In this document: one piece after another, positions 24,856-38,081 of the stretch
How positions within the stretch are numbered: position 1 is the stretch's first letter
Layout: every line of letters starts with the position of its first letter
DNA from: Halocafeteria seosinensis
Taxonomy: Eukaryota
DNA length: 58,408 nt
Direction: 5' to 3'
Assembly (NCBI GenBank): GCA_001687465.1
Contig: LVLI01000018.1
Span: forward strand, 1-58,408
Position numbers and translations under genes: made by a program
Notes under the pieces: generated by a model
Databases searched by the model: none
The model's input: only the letters and a program-made list of their open reading frames with translations
Told to the model about the DNA's origin: nothing

Positions 24856-27800
24856 TTAATAATAAGATGGCAACATCGGACCAAATTCCTTCTTCAAAGC
24901 ACCCGTGCGAGCACGCGTCTCACGTTTCACTTTCGCCTCACGAACCAAAGTATCACGGTTAAGAGCTTGCGTCCGTTTAGCAAAGTCCAGTTGAGCTGCA
25001 TGATCCTTGGGATTGGGTACATGGTCTGTATCACACTTGCTCTCTGTCTCTGGCTTTGACCCCGAACCAACCGTTCTAGAAGTATGGAACTGGACCTCGA
25101 CCAAGGGAGGTGGTTCAGCGAGTAGCTTCGCTTTCCACTGGCGTAACTTTAGTACAGTCCGATCAAATGTACTCATATCCCCAGTTGGTATGCTGGATGC
25201 GAGAGCTACCCTTACCACTGCATTCCCGCCGAGAGACGCCTTTTTTTCCCCAGTAGCCAACTGAGGAGCAGCTACTGAAACCACTCGGATTTTCTCAGAA
25301 TGATGTTGCTCTTCAACACCCAAGTCCATGAACTCTACCTGCGGTTTAGATCCCGTCTGAACGGTGCTATCAGGCCGGGGTTTGCTATCAAGACCTGTAG
25401 GCTGCATAATTCTATCAGAAGTAGCTGTAACAGGATCAGATCCAATTCGTCGCTGCACAGCTTTCTTCTGCTTGAGTGAGAACGCCTCGGACCATTGCTC
25501 TCTGTCTTCACAAGGGGTCATGTACGTTGCACTATTGCAATTCCCTTTAAAGGTGAGCGGATTTATATGAGCTAGTTCATATTCGCCAGAGGTATCTTTA
25601 GAGTACACCGACGATCGATTAGTAGAATTGGCCTCACCCACGTCGACATGCGTTCCAACCAAGGTCTGGTCAGAAACATTCACCCGCTTGGCTTGGAAGG
25701 GCGTTCCTTCGTTGTTGTTGACGGCATTGTTCGATATTACCCGAAAATTGCTTAAAGGTATACCCAGTTGGGTGGCATACAGCGAGCTTGGGTCATCATA
25801 TGTGTTCGACATTCGATTATTCCGTTGCCGTTTATACGCAATGAACCCAAGGCAAATCACTCCTATACCGCCAAAAGTGGCACTCAGGATCATTCCAGTC
25901 ATAACAGGAATTGAACTGCCTTCAGTATTGACGTTGACGGTTGTTCCCTCGTTGTTGTTGGTAGGCTTCGCGCTCCTGCTCACACTCAGCGCAGCCTCAC
26001 TATGATTGGTAGGAGAGACTGCCTTCGTGCTCATCGCTAGCGAAGGCGTGTTAGAGGTGGGCACCACAGGGCTGCCTACGTGAACTGAAGAGTTTCTTGT
26101 CAGCGTTACGGATTCGGTTATAGATGGAGAAGGAGTATCCGTGTATGTAGCCACTGGCGCAATAGACGAAGATGAAGAACTTATGTCTGATGAGGCCGTG
26201 AGCGTTGGTGGCGTTCCTGAAGCAGTCTCAGTGGAAGCACATGAACTCCCGCTCGATTGCTGATTCCAGTATCGTTGTAGATGAAGAACTGGGACTACTA
26301 GAGCTACTTCGTGTATTCATCCCCAATGATGAGGGAGTAAAGGTGCTTGTGCCTGTGCCTGTGCTCGAGGTGGTCGCGGCAGAAGTTGTCGTCGTGGTTG
26401 TCCTAGGTGTGCCTGTTCTGCTTCGAGTAGGAGAAGCTGGCGAAGCTGACGAGGTGCGAGTGCCACTTCCGGTACCTGAACTTGATGGCAAGGAAATAAA
26501 CGAGCTTGTACTTGTGATACTTGGCGTTGATGTGGGCGTTGTGACTCCACTTGGCAGTTGGAAGCGCAAGATCGGCAGCAGATTCTCCTTTTCGTCGTCA
26601 TCAACGACACTTTCTCCACTATTTAAAGCCCATACGTCGTCCGACCACCCTCCCAGTTGATATAATTGTCCGTGTATGTCGGTTAAATCACCTGAATTGT
26701 CTGTCTCGACGAGCTTATTTCTATCATCCACTCCTACGATCGACGCTGCTTCTCCATTTCCATTGTATACCGAATATTTCACGTGGATTGTACCACTTGC
26801 TTCACTTAATATAGATCCTATAATACCGCCACCATCCGTACCCGTGACTGAACCTGATGCATACGTATTTGTGATGTATACATCACCTGTGGCTTGGTTT
26901 GATTGCCCTCCTGTCCCGTCTCCTGTAATACCTCCTGCTTTGGTGCCACGAATACCTCCTCGTGTATAGCAATCTATGATATGTACTTCACCCCCATCCT
27001 CTGCTGTATCGGCTCCACTAATCCCTCCACTCCTATCTGCAGATATTAGTCCCATAGTATAGCATTCCTTGATATAAATGAATCCATTGGCATGGCCAGC
27101 ATGAGGACCCACAATACCACCACTGTATTGGCCACTAGAAATGATATCTCCTGTGGAATAGGAACGAGTTATATACACTTGACCATTCTTAAGACCAGCA
27201 GTATGCCCACAAATACCACCTGCAACTTGTCCTTCAATAGTCCCAGTGGAATAACAATCCGTGATATTGACAATCCCATGATTGGATCCTACACTTTTTC
27301 CTGCAATACCACCTACCCAATCACCCAGTATCCTCCCTGTCGAATACGAATTCGATATCTTGATTTGACCATGTCCAAGACCACCTCGATAACCACATAT
27401 ACCACCACCTGAGTTACCAGCAATATCTCCTGATGAACGACATGAATCTATGATAAAGAATTTCTGCTCTTGTTGGACAATAAATCCACCTCTGCGTGCA
27501 GTTGACCCATTTCTAACATCAAGATTCCGAATCAAGGGAGCTTGATCAAATGATACAACACTACCCAGTATCTTAAACAACCCTTGGAAATCTGTTATTC
27601 CGGTCAGATCTATAAAGTTCCCATTCTGCCGCCCACCATCAAATATCTCATTCGCATCCAACGAGATGTAATCTTGATTCGTATAGCCATGATCACCCCA
27701 TCTCAACACACTACAAGTCATTTCAAACTGGCGTAGATTCGCATTATGACGAAAGCAGGATTCGGTTCCGTTTACAATCCTGCATCGTAAATCTGTTGCT

Positions 27801-27916
27801 GCTGCCTCGTTCGCAAGAATGCAACCGAAACACAATGACGCCAACACAACCGTCGTTCGTGAATAAGCCAGAGACGCTTTCAAATCTGTTAAATGTGCTG
27901 GCGGTTTCGTTCTCAT
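24856..27916 (-). pseudogene. GLUG-like repeat surface protein with Ser/Thr stalk, TM and cytoplasmic tail, interrupted by a frameshift near 26250-26280 (pseudogene or sequence error)
   Basis: Repeats of I.(N/D)(S/C)YS(T)G.I...GGI.G are followed by an S/T-rich stalk. The upstream frame stops at 26228, while another frame continues the S/T stalk (SSGSSCASTETASGTPPTLT...) into ORF 24856-26154, which has the TM MILSATFGGIGVICLGFIAY. Likely ATG at 27916, before a signal-like stretch. Confidence 0.65.
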
Positions 27917-29279
27917 ATTAGGGGCTGGCCACATCAGTGTCTGGGTTGGGGCTTTATATTTCAAGCGAGAAGTCTTTCCCGATGGGTTGCTGGGAACTAC
28001 CGAAAAATCTTCATCACTTGGAGTTGCAAACCTCGGAATCTCCCTACTAAATGCTAGGACCTGGAATGATGCGATCAGCAGACTGAATAAAACAAGCAGT
28101 GATGTCTCCTTGGGAACAGTCGAGGCATGGGATCCAAGGGACGTCGTGTGTTCAGAGACGGGAAATATTGGTTGGCCACCAAATGTATGGAGTGGATCCG
28201 CAACATTCGCCAACGTGCTGACAGGCAAAAAAGCAGCATCTCCTCGTCCGTGGGCACAGGAAGACAGATGATCGAATGGTAAGCAGTTCCTGCGCTCTCC
28301 AGTGCAACGTATCTGACTTCTAGCAGCCAGTGTTCTCGAGGTACTACTAGCTTCATTCAGAATCGCTGATGATAAGTCTCTAGCCATTGCATCAGTATCA
28401 GCTGGAAAGCGAAAGCAAAGGGCCAAGGTCGCTACAGTTTGCACGATCGTCGAAGCAACTCTAAATCGTCGTCTGCGACCTCGCACACCTGGGAGGCGAC
28501 GCAACAGATATTTCAATACAAAAAGTATCCTACAAGGGATCACGGGATGGCAAAAATGACACTTACCTCTCGAAGTGGTATCTTGGTGGTAGTAGTGCAT
28601 GGTGTAGCCTCTGTGTCTGTTCGGTCGACTTGGGTTTTGCTTCTTGTCCTGGGCAGTGTTCTTTCTCAGTCGACTTCCACGCTGTCGCGGCTCAACGCCC
28701 TTTTTGCTTTCCACGCTTCGTAGGTAGATCAGTTGTATCCCCCACTACCAAATACCCCAAAGCAGCAGTGGGAATACCTTTCCTGTCTCTGGGTAGGAAC
28801 ACACTCAACTTTTTTCTAGTTCACCAAAGGAACGGTACCATAGAACCGTTCTAAGGCAGTGTTCTGAGATGATGACGGGATGGAATGGGAATTCTGGAAT
28901 GCTACTCGGCTGGGCGGCGCTCAATCTATTCAATACAACGCCACTGACGGCTATGTTGCACGGCGTTCCGTTTGAAGGGGAAAGTTGGCCGTATGATCAA
29001 ACCTGTTAGAACTTGTCGCAGTGAATCCCATTGGGTGGGACTCGGAATGCTCCCGCAGAGAGCGCACACCCTGGGGTTCAAGAACCGTTCAACTGGCTAA
29101 TCGCACAATGCTGGTAAGCGAATCCACCAAAATCTCATTCATTTCTATAGTAGCCACCAGAATGGTCTACAGCTACATGTGGAGTGCATGAGATATGCAC
29201 GAATTGTTTCCATTATTTATAGCAGCACTTCGCAATGCTTCCCAAACATTAAGCTCATCTCTTTGTACGGTAGAAATGT

Positions 29280-32207
29280 TTAGAACTCAGCGTCCCAATT
29301 GGTTCCATCGTCTTGATAGGGAACGAGGTCGTCTCCCTCGTCGTATGTATCAAAATTACCCGTGTCATATGGGTCATTAACATCAGGCTTCCAAGGAGCT
29401 CGCTCTTTTCGGGCGCGTAGTTTGACCCAGTTAATTTTCCTGCAAACAGTAGCGCAGTATATGCCTTGTAGGGACCCAAAGACAGAAAGCTTTTCTTGTG
29501 ATAAACATACTTGAAGAACCTGTGTTTCTTAATGTCCTCCACGCCATCTTTCAGACAGCCAAGCCGTTTAGTTAAATCCTTTTGGAGTAGTCCCCGGATA
29601 AGGTCTTGAAGCTGCGGAACCATTGAGTGCAATGATAACATAGAGAATACGGACCCGTGAGAAGCAGTACTTACAGCCTCATCTTTAATATATGGAGGGA
29701 AATTAAGTTTCCCTCGAAGAATATTTCTACATATCACCATTTGGTCACTGTTATTGTGATCGGCAAATGGAGAGTACCCTGCCACCATTTCGTAGAGCAA
29801 TACACCTACGGCCCAGCAATCAACTCCACGGCCATGGCCTTTTCCGAGAACGAGTTCCGGTGCCAGGTATTCAGGGGTCCCACAAAGCGTGTATGTACGG
29901 TTTTTAACAATCTTTGCAAAGCCAAAGTCCACTATCTGCAAGCCCACATGCCATGGAAATCAAAGAAGTCAAACATCGACGGCACCCATGCTTCTGGGCC
30001 AAAAGTGACTTACCTTGATAAAACCTTCGGTATCAATAAGGAGGTTCTCCGGCTTTAGGTCGCGGTACACAATATATCGCGCATGAAGATGTGCGAAGGC
30101 GTCTACGACACAAGCTCCATAGAAGCGGGCATCACGAACAGATACTCTGCCGGGCGTGTCACTGTTTTGCAATCGACTGAAGAGCTCTCCTCCTTGTACA
30201 AGCTCTAGCAACATATAAAGTCTATGTTTGTCTTTATATGTCGAAAACAGCTTTAATATAAATGGATGGTTCACCATCTGTAACAGCTTCTTTTCATTCA
30301 TGATGTTCTTCTGCTGACGAAGGGCCACAATCTGACTCTTTTGCAACATCTTAAGGGCATATGCTTCACCTGTCTGCTTGTGGACAGCCATTCTCACCCT
30401 TCCAAAAGTACCCGTGCCAAGGGTAGTTCGCAGTTCCAATTGATTAAACGGAATGGCATTGCGAACATCTTGGGGTTTATGATCTCCATTTTGTCCTTCG
30501 ATCCCCGGAGAGGCCGCAGACTCCCGCATCCTATGTTCCATTGGTGCTACAATATCCATGTAGGTTTCCCTGCGAGAATACACAAAGTAACTAAAGACCC
30601 GACACAACGCGTTCAATTTTTGTGCACTCACTTGTCAAGGCTGAAAATTTCGCCAGCAGTGAGAGCCTTAGCTTGGAAACCTGTGTCATTATGCTCCTTG
30701 AGCTCATCTTCGCCAAACCACTGGCCGGTGCTTAGAACCTCCGTCTTCTTCCGGGAGCCCTTCTTAACCTGAACCCTTCCCTCTTTGATTATATGAAAGC
30801 TCTCAACAGGAGAGTCAACAACAATGTCCCCCTCCTTGTATGTCACTAGCCTTAGCTTCGAGAACAGCTTTGTCCTCTCTTCTTCTCCTAGACTGGAAAG
30901 TATAGGAACACACAGTAGCAACCGTGTTCCCAAATTTTTCTCTAACAATGACGATATATGACCCAGCAATCTGTTCAAATCACTCGTTATGTTAAAGCAT
31001 AAAGATTGGTACAGCCAAGGCGATCGACCTACTTTTCGAAGTCATCGCGGTGAACAGCAATTAGCTTAACTTTGTGGGAATCAGCAAAAATATCCGCAAC
31101 ACGGGGCTCTTTTTTAAGCAACGCCCTTTCTCCAAAATAATCCCCTTCTTTTAATTGATTGTTATTCTGTGGGTTTTGAAAACACATGATGAGGACTGGA
31201 CTTCTAGAGACCCTTTCTTGCACGCCAAGCTTTACCTGATTTCCCGGTAGGTTCTTGCATACTACTTGACCCTCCTCAATTATGTAAAAGACTTCACCAG
31301 GTTCGCCTTTCTTTATAATTTGATCTCCTTTCCGAAATGTGACAAAGGTGGCCGCATTCGTTATCTGGACACGTACAGCGTACACCGTTGTTTGGTGGAG
31401 AATGCAGACAAGAGGCAAATTCACGCACTTACCAAATCTAGCTGCTCCTCCTCCAGATCTTTAAGGATTCCCTTCCGCAGCACGCTCCGGAGCTTAGAAT
31501 GTTTCGAATGACTCTGTTGTGCAACAACGTTTCTAAATGTATGACGATCTATTTTCCATATTTTCCCGTTCGTAGCAGCTCGCACGGTAGCCGCTCTTGG
31601 GCTATTATACAAGAGTGCTAGCTCCCCAAAACAGAGATTGCTTGTGCCTTCTCCAAATACTGTTACCTCCTCATCGTTTACCAGGATATCAAACTGTGGT
31701 TCGAAACCCTTTTGATGTACAAGGCACAGACAGAAAGCAACTTCGATCAGTACGTACCTTGCCACGCTGAACCACGTAAAAGTAGTCGCCTTCATCCCCC
31801 TGGCGAATAATCACCTGACCCTTCCTGACATCCATAGGCTGCATAGCTCTAATCAAATCTTTCAGTGCATTCCTCTCCAAATCGGCAAACAGTACGTTCT
31901 CGCGAACAGCTGAATGGATAAGTTTCCATTCATCTTCCGTTTTGTGATACTCTGTTACTGAGAAATCTTCTTCGATTTCCACCGCTGCATGCCCTAGAAT
32001 ACCTCGTCGTTTCGCCCGAAGAGCAGCCACGACGTTCGTATCTCCCTCGCCTTCTTTCCGAGGTCGCTCCTCATCGTCTACACCCATGATGGAGCTGGCA
32101 ACGCTGGAATATTTTCCAGTCTTTCGATTATATTGCCCAGTTCCCAACTTTGCTACCGGTACTTTCCCGACATCTCTGACTTTGGCCTTGCTGTTGCATA
32201 ACCCCAT
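29280..32207 (-). CDS. Cyclic-nucleotide-dependent protein kinase, PKG-like architecture (3 cNMP-binding domains + AGC kinase; multi-exon)
   Basis: Starts MGLCNSK. cNMP domains carry [30 protein letters not shown] and a degenerate WFGEDEL. Kinase motifs [19 protein letters not shown] and [12 protein letters not shown]. The last exon ends NFDTY...NWDAEF* at 29280. Confidence 0.9.
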
Positions 32208-33316
32208 CGTGCAACTTGTAGCCACCAACCGAACTTAGACAGGTGGGTCTGTGCGAGCGGTCTCCTATGAAGGATCCAATAAAGCAGGCAAATTTACACT
32301 ACAAATAATGCAGAGTCTTCGTTCCCATGGCTCATCAAAACCAAATTCTCGGCTCCATACAACGCAGCGTTTCTTCCCGTGGAAGCCAAATTTACCAAAG
32401 TGCTGGCGCTGTAAAGACGCTAGGCTCTAGATGGTGCTCGTAGGATACCGTCGTCCAATACAAGCAGCCGATATGAGACCCAAATCCTCTATATGTATGG
32501 CGTTTATTCCCCAGCGGAGACTGTTTCCTCCTGAGACAAGAGGTGCGTTTCGCCCCTTTTCCACTACGAAGGAAGCTTCCGATTTGAGCCCTTCCGAGGG
32601 CGCTAGCCTTTGCACTATCTGTACAGCCCACAGAAGCTTGAAATCCCTGGGATCCACGCTGTGAATGCCTCGAAATCGCCCAACGTCTCTCCGAGTTGAG
32701 TCTTAACGTCTTTTCGTCGTCGCCGGGTCGCAGCTGTTCCTTCCTCTGCACCAGATTTGACGGATCACTAAAACAAGTCAATTTAGACAAACAGACTTTG
32801 CTCGTTTTACTACCAAACACTTACGTGCTCTAGGGTCATCGACACAAACGATAGGCAATGAACTCTGGGAATGACCCGTACCATGGCGCGGGCATGGCAC
32901 GGGCTCTAGGGTGCCACCCGCGCCGACCAGACTCAAGAACTTCAGGAAGTCACCCAATGTGGGGAACGGACATAGAATTCTTCGAGAGTAAAACAAAGAG
33001 TGTCTGTGTAAATTAGCAGTCGAAAAAACGGCTACACAACGAGTTGATATTGTGTATTGCGTCTGAGACACGTGTTAAACCTCAGATTTCTGCCGCTTTT
33101 GTACCACTGGGAACGATACATAGAACGCAAGAAAGGAAATGACAACATATCGGTAACTCGTGCACTGGAAATGACACAAGCTTATCAGGTCTTTTCCTGA
33201 GCACAGTTGGCACCGATGGTAATTCACAGAAGCAAGCTCTGGCGTCGCCGGGTTCAGTTCGAATGCTTCACTCCTTTTCACATTCAGTTCGCATTCACTT
33301 TCCGACACTGCTTTGA

Positions 33317-35067
33317 TTACGCAGACATGCCACCGAACCTCTGATCAGCTGCCTCGCGGTCAATTTCATCCCACATGTCACAGTACTCTGCCCCAGAAAA
33401 CGCCGTAGGGAAGAAAATGTTATCTGGGACTCTGGGCTCTACAATGGCGGTGAAAATTGAATCAGTTGTCGTCCAAGGATTCCAAGAAGACCTTGTCTTG
33501 CCATTTACTGCGAACGATGTCCATTGAGCAATTACAGCATCGGAGAAGTACCTCACTGTAGTATTCCATGAGCAACTTGGGGAAGTTTTCGACTCATAGT
33601 TGCTGACAGTACCAAATACATATTCAAGTTCCGCGGTATGCTGACACAAATTACCGGACTCTGAAGGGCACTCAGGGCTGCAGTAGAAGCGATACCAGTA
33701 TTTGGCACTTGTCCGATCTCGGATAGAGGTAGCATTCAGGACTCGGCGAGCATTGCATATCATAGTATAATCAAGCATAATACGGGTCATCAGTTGGCAG
33801 CATTGGCCGACAGTGCATTCAGGTACTCCATACATCTCGACGACGTGGGACAATTTGTCTTCAGGAACTCCCCATTTGTGCATGTAGTTCTTGATCAGGG
33901 GTAGCGTCGCCGATGAATTGATGTGGGGAAGCGAAGCGCAAGCAGGGAAATTGTCGGGTTCGTTGTTTCCTATCATGATAGGCACTTTGGCAAAGTTCCC
34001 TTTTTGCATTGCATACCAAGGATATTCTGGCAGCAACAGCCCGTCAACCACGTTCAACCCCACATTGACACCACCTGCTTTGGCAGGAAGCTTAAGAATT
34101 GTATCCAAATCAAGTCTTCTCATGCATTGTAGTTGCTTTGTTGCATTTCCAGCAGAGGAGCAACCAGCTTGAGAGATAAGTTGTTTCCCTCCGGAATGGG
34201 CCTCGGATACATTGAGGTAACCCGGTGTGATGAGGGGAGTGCCACTTTCGCTAATGACACCACTGAGTAAGCCATCTGTACCATTGGTAGCTAATAGGTT
34301 GATTCCAAGGTTTCCTCCAGCCGACTGACCAAACGCGGTGATATGCTCGGGATCTCCGCCAAAGAAGGCGATGTTTGCGCGAAGCCACTTGAGTGCGGCC
34401 AGGATATCCAAAATTTGATAGTTCGCGCCAGTTGGCCACTCTGGATTCTCCAATACCTCTCCTTCAAAATAAGCGTTTGCCAGGACACCTAGTCGGTAGT
34501 TGACTGTTACCACAATGACATTTTCAGGGGCATTGGCAATCAGATTCGAACCATTGTAGAGCGGAGGTAGACTCTGGGCTGAGCAACCGTATTGCAGACC
34601 TGCATTTAGCCCGAACCACAAAATATTATGTACTCCCCTAGACACAGCAATATATTTCTTTCCGAAAGAATAAGCTTACCGCCTCCGTGAATCCAAAACA
34701 TCACTGGAAGTTTGGAATCCTGGGTGGCATCGGTTGGCGTGAACACATTGAGATACAGACAATCCTCCTGCTGATTCGGGATGTACGTGTTTGTCTTGAG
34801 CTGTGGGCAACAAGGTCCAAAGTCTGTCGCATGATAACTTCCTCCCGGAAAATCCTTGTGGGCATTGTTCTCTGGGGGTGCCCATCGCTGCGCACTGGCG
34901 TAAGGGATCCCCAGAAACTCGCGGGTATGTTGTTTCTGCAGTCCATACACAGTTCCAATCGGGAGAGACACCTCCGGGCCAAAGGACGAGGGGGCTGCTT
35001 CTGCAAACCCCATGGAGATAAGTGCGTGCACCCCAACAAGGAACAGGCATGTTGTAATGGTAGCCAT
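33317..35067 (-). CDS. Secreted type-B carboxylesterase/lipase (one intron near 34600-34680)
   Basis: Signal peptide MATITTCLFLVGVHALISMG, then FLGIPYA, EDCLYLNVFTP, PVMFWIHGG|G, NYRLG, FGGDPEHITAFGQSAGG (catalytic Ser) and HTAELEYVFG. Confidence 0.93.
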
Positions 35068-36438
35068 TGTGTCCGCAGTTGAAGCAATTGGATTGCGATT
35101 CACTAGACTTGGGGCACCAAACCAAAGGAAGACACTCTCTCTCTCTCTCACACACACACATACACAAATACGAAACGGGTACTACAACCCGTGCGTATTT
35201 TGTGATTGCAAGATTGGAGACGGAGAGCAACAAAAAATTTGTGCATGAAAAGCACTAGGTATCACGTCCTTCAACTACAACATTGCGATCGTCGCAACAT
35301 TTCGATCACAACTGCGTAATGAGTACACACCAGCACCAGAGCCGATGGGAGAATAAATCAAAGTGATATTTGTTCCTTTGCTAGTGTTCACCATATTGTA
35401 GTAGTCTATGGTACAGAATCCGGTATCTCAGTTCTCGCTTCTGGCTGGCCATCACTCTTGTCACCCAGCTGCTCAGCACTGTAACTTGGGGTCTCAGGGA
35501 GCACGCTCACGTTATGCAGCGTCGCAGCAGCATGACGCCGTGACGTGATATCAGTGGAACAGTCCAGTCTAATCCCGTTCATCAGAATTCTCTTGCTTTC
35601 AAGTTGCGTCCTGTGTCTTTGCCTAAGTTGTACACATGGGCAGCATTTAAGGGTACCTACCGTTCTACAACCTTATAGTTATGTATTGCAACTCCGGAAT
35701 CCGCGCACTTCTTCAGCTGAGCTGCTGTTCTCGAGCCACGATGTCGAGCCGTTCCGACAGCTCCAGTTACTAGATGGTAATACAGGTAACCAATATCCGA
35801 ATCCTCGACGAACATCTTGTTTCATCGGAGCTTTGCTTGCATCGTTCTTCCAGCTTGAGTTTCCACCGAGATCGTGATTCCCTCGTGAGGGAACTAACCT
35901 TAACTCAGTAACTCGAACCCACGACAACGATTCCACCTGGCGGAAAATTCCTCAGAGCGAACAATCTTTTCTCCTACTTTCTATGTGACCAGTATTTTTG
36001 CCCTTCTTCTAGAGCCTCATGTAGGAACTGTGCATGATTGATAGAGTCATTCACTGATTCCTTTTCACTTCCTTATTCATTCTGGAGCAAATAATAGCGT
36101 CAGGTAAGTGTACAATATGGTGGGAAAACCCTCAGAAACCGGGCCAAAAGAGGGCCGCTTTTTCATCTAGTTTGCCCTTTTTAGGCTTATAAGATGCGTA
36201 TTTCCTCACAGTTGCACCTATATAAGACATTTATATGTGCTGATTTTCTGTGGGTGGTCCATAGGTGGCTGCTAAAGACATGCTTAGCAAGAAATAGAGC
36301 CCGACATTTCCTCCGCGGGGAGATCTTACCCTTTTTTAGGGTCCATCCTTGTATTTAACTCATCTCCAAACACGTGTGCATTGGTGCAGATACATGAGAA
36401 GCGTAGGTAAATAATAGCCTAACTTTGAAACGGAAAGA

Positions 36439-37740
36439 ATGGCGATATTGCAAGCTCTGGCGCTCGGATCCGCTTGGCTCCTGCTAGTCTTTACCCCTTC
36501 AGCAGCTGCTGCGTACGTATCTCCTTCGAATCTCTGCACAAAGGGAAAACCATTAAACTAAACATCACCTCTGTCTGACGGATCGTGCCACAGATACTCA
36601 TGCCTATATCCAAACCACACTGCGGCGGGGGGCTACCTCAAAGGTATCACTTGGGACCTGACCAACGCTGCTGTACCTAATGGAGGATGGTATGCGCAGC
36701 TCGATGGTTCCATCACACTGACGTTCTTTATTCAGATGCTGTTGCGCTGTTTATGTTAACCACAGGTATGGTGCCCACGATGGGGATATCATGGATGTTG
36801 AGAACTTCTACTTCACCTTCAATATTTGCGGCGCTATGACTTCTTATCCAACAAATTGTACCGCCGCCAACAGTGACTGTACGTCACCTGATGCGCCTAG
36901 TGCGGCGGCCGCCTGGAGATACGACAGCAAAAGTGGCAAATGCTATTGTCTGGGTACTTTTCCGTATAATCCGAGTAAAGTGCGAACGTATCATGTAGAC
37001 ATCCACGGTATGCTGGTTGGAAGCATTGTTGGTCTGCTGGTCTGCTGCATCCCGTCTATCTCTTTGCAGACCTCACGAGACCGGCCTTGGGAGTGAACCT
37101 CCTATACAAACTGGGAGGCAGCCAAAACATTGACAAGTGCGTGAAGAATACCAACGGTCCTTCCGGTTTCACACCCAACGTAACTATTACGTTGTATTGC
37201 GGGAATCCTCGACACCATTCAACGGACAAGCTGGTAGCAAACGCTGTACAGAAGTTGTTCATTGATGTAAGTGAAAAATGTTTCAGCGAGGCTCCAAGAA
37301 GTTAAACCATGCTTCTCAATAACAGGCAACTGATGAATGTGGTTACGATATCCACGCCGTCTCTACGATGGGGTGCCCTAAAGAATGCCCTGTTTCCTCG
37401 AACGATCAAGTGTGCAGCGGGAACGGGCATTGTGCTTACGACTTCACTTCTCAGAGAGCTCATTGTTTTTGCGACAAGAACTATAGTGGCAATGATTGCT
37501 GTAAGTGGCGAGCAAGTTGGGGTATTGGAAGTGCAAGGTTGTATCATGTACTTTGTCCGTCTTTCGGCTGCAGCGAAAAAGGTCACGGACTCGCATTCCT
37601 CTGCTGCCGCCGTTGGTGCTGTTTTTGGTGGTATTTTCACGGGTTTATTCGCTATAGCAGGCTTTTGGTACTACAAACATCGCTGGGTAAGCGGTGCAAG
37701 TAGTTATCAGAACAAAGACGGTGAAGAAGGTTTCTATTAG
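36439..37740 (+). CDS. Second MRH-like + EGF + TM receptor-type protein (multi-exon), paralog of 22684-23915
   Basis: Signal MAILQALALGSAWLLLVF. MRH-like FTFNICG, CYCLG, GVNLLYKLG, VTITLYC. EGF-like GCPKECP..CSGNGHC...CFCDKNYSGNDC. TM AAVGAVFGGIFTGLFAIAGFWYY. Confidence 0.62.
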
Positions 37741-38081
37741 TCAGATGCCGTAGGCACTAGGAGCCAATATCATTCCAATGTCTAAGTTGAATAATAAACG
37801 ATCAGTGCCAACCGAAGCACGATGCGGGCTTATCCCCTTCTTATTATCTTTGTCTTATAGGTCTCGGAGAGCGTTTGTAAATGACAATCGCTGTACTCTT
37901 CGCACAGTTTGAGGTTGCAAACTTGATAGCAGCGAAGGTGAGATACCCTTTGCACGGGTTTAACTGACTAGCTTCTACAGGAACTAGTTGCTTATTTTGA
38001 ATGTTGAACAGATACTAATCACGGTTTCCTAAAATAGCAAAGAAAATGCAACCAATTCATGAGACGGTTTGAACCGGAGAG

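Noticed and set aside
27917..28714. N-terminal ~265 aa of the 828-aa ORF
   Set aside because: It begins at a non-ATG codon and has no recognisable domain. A signal-like segment follows the ATG at 27916, so the upstream part is probably untranslated, although this is not proven.
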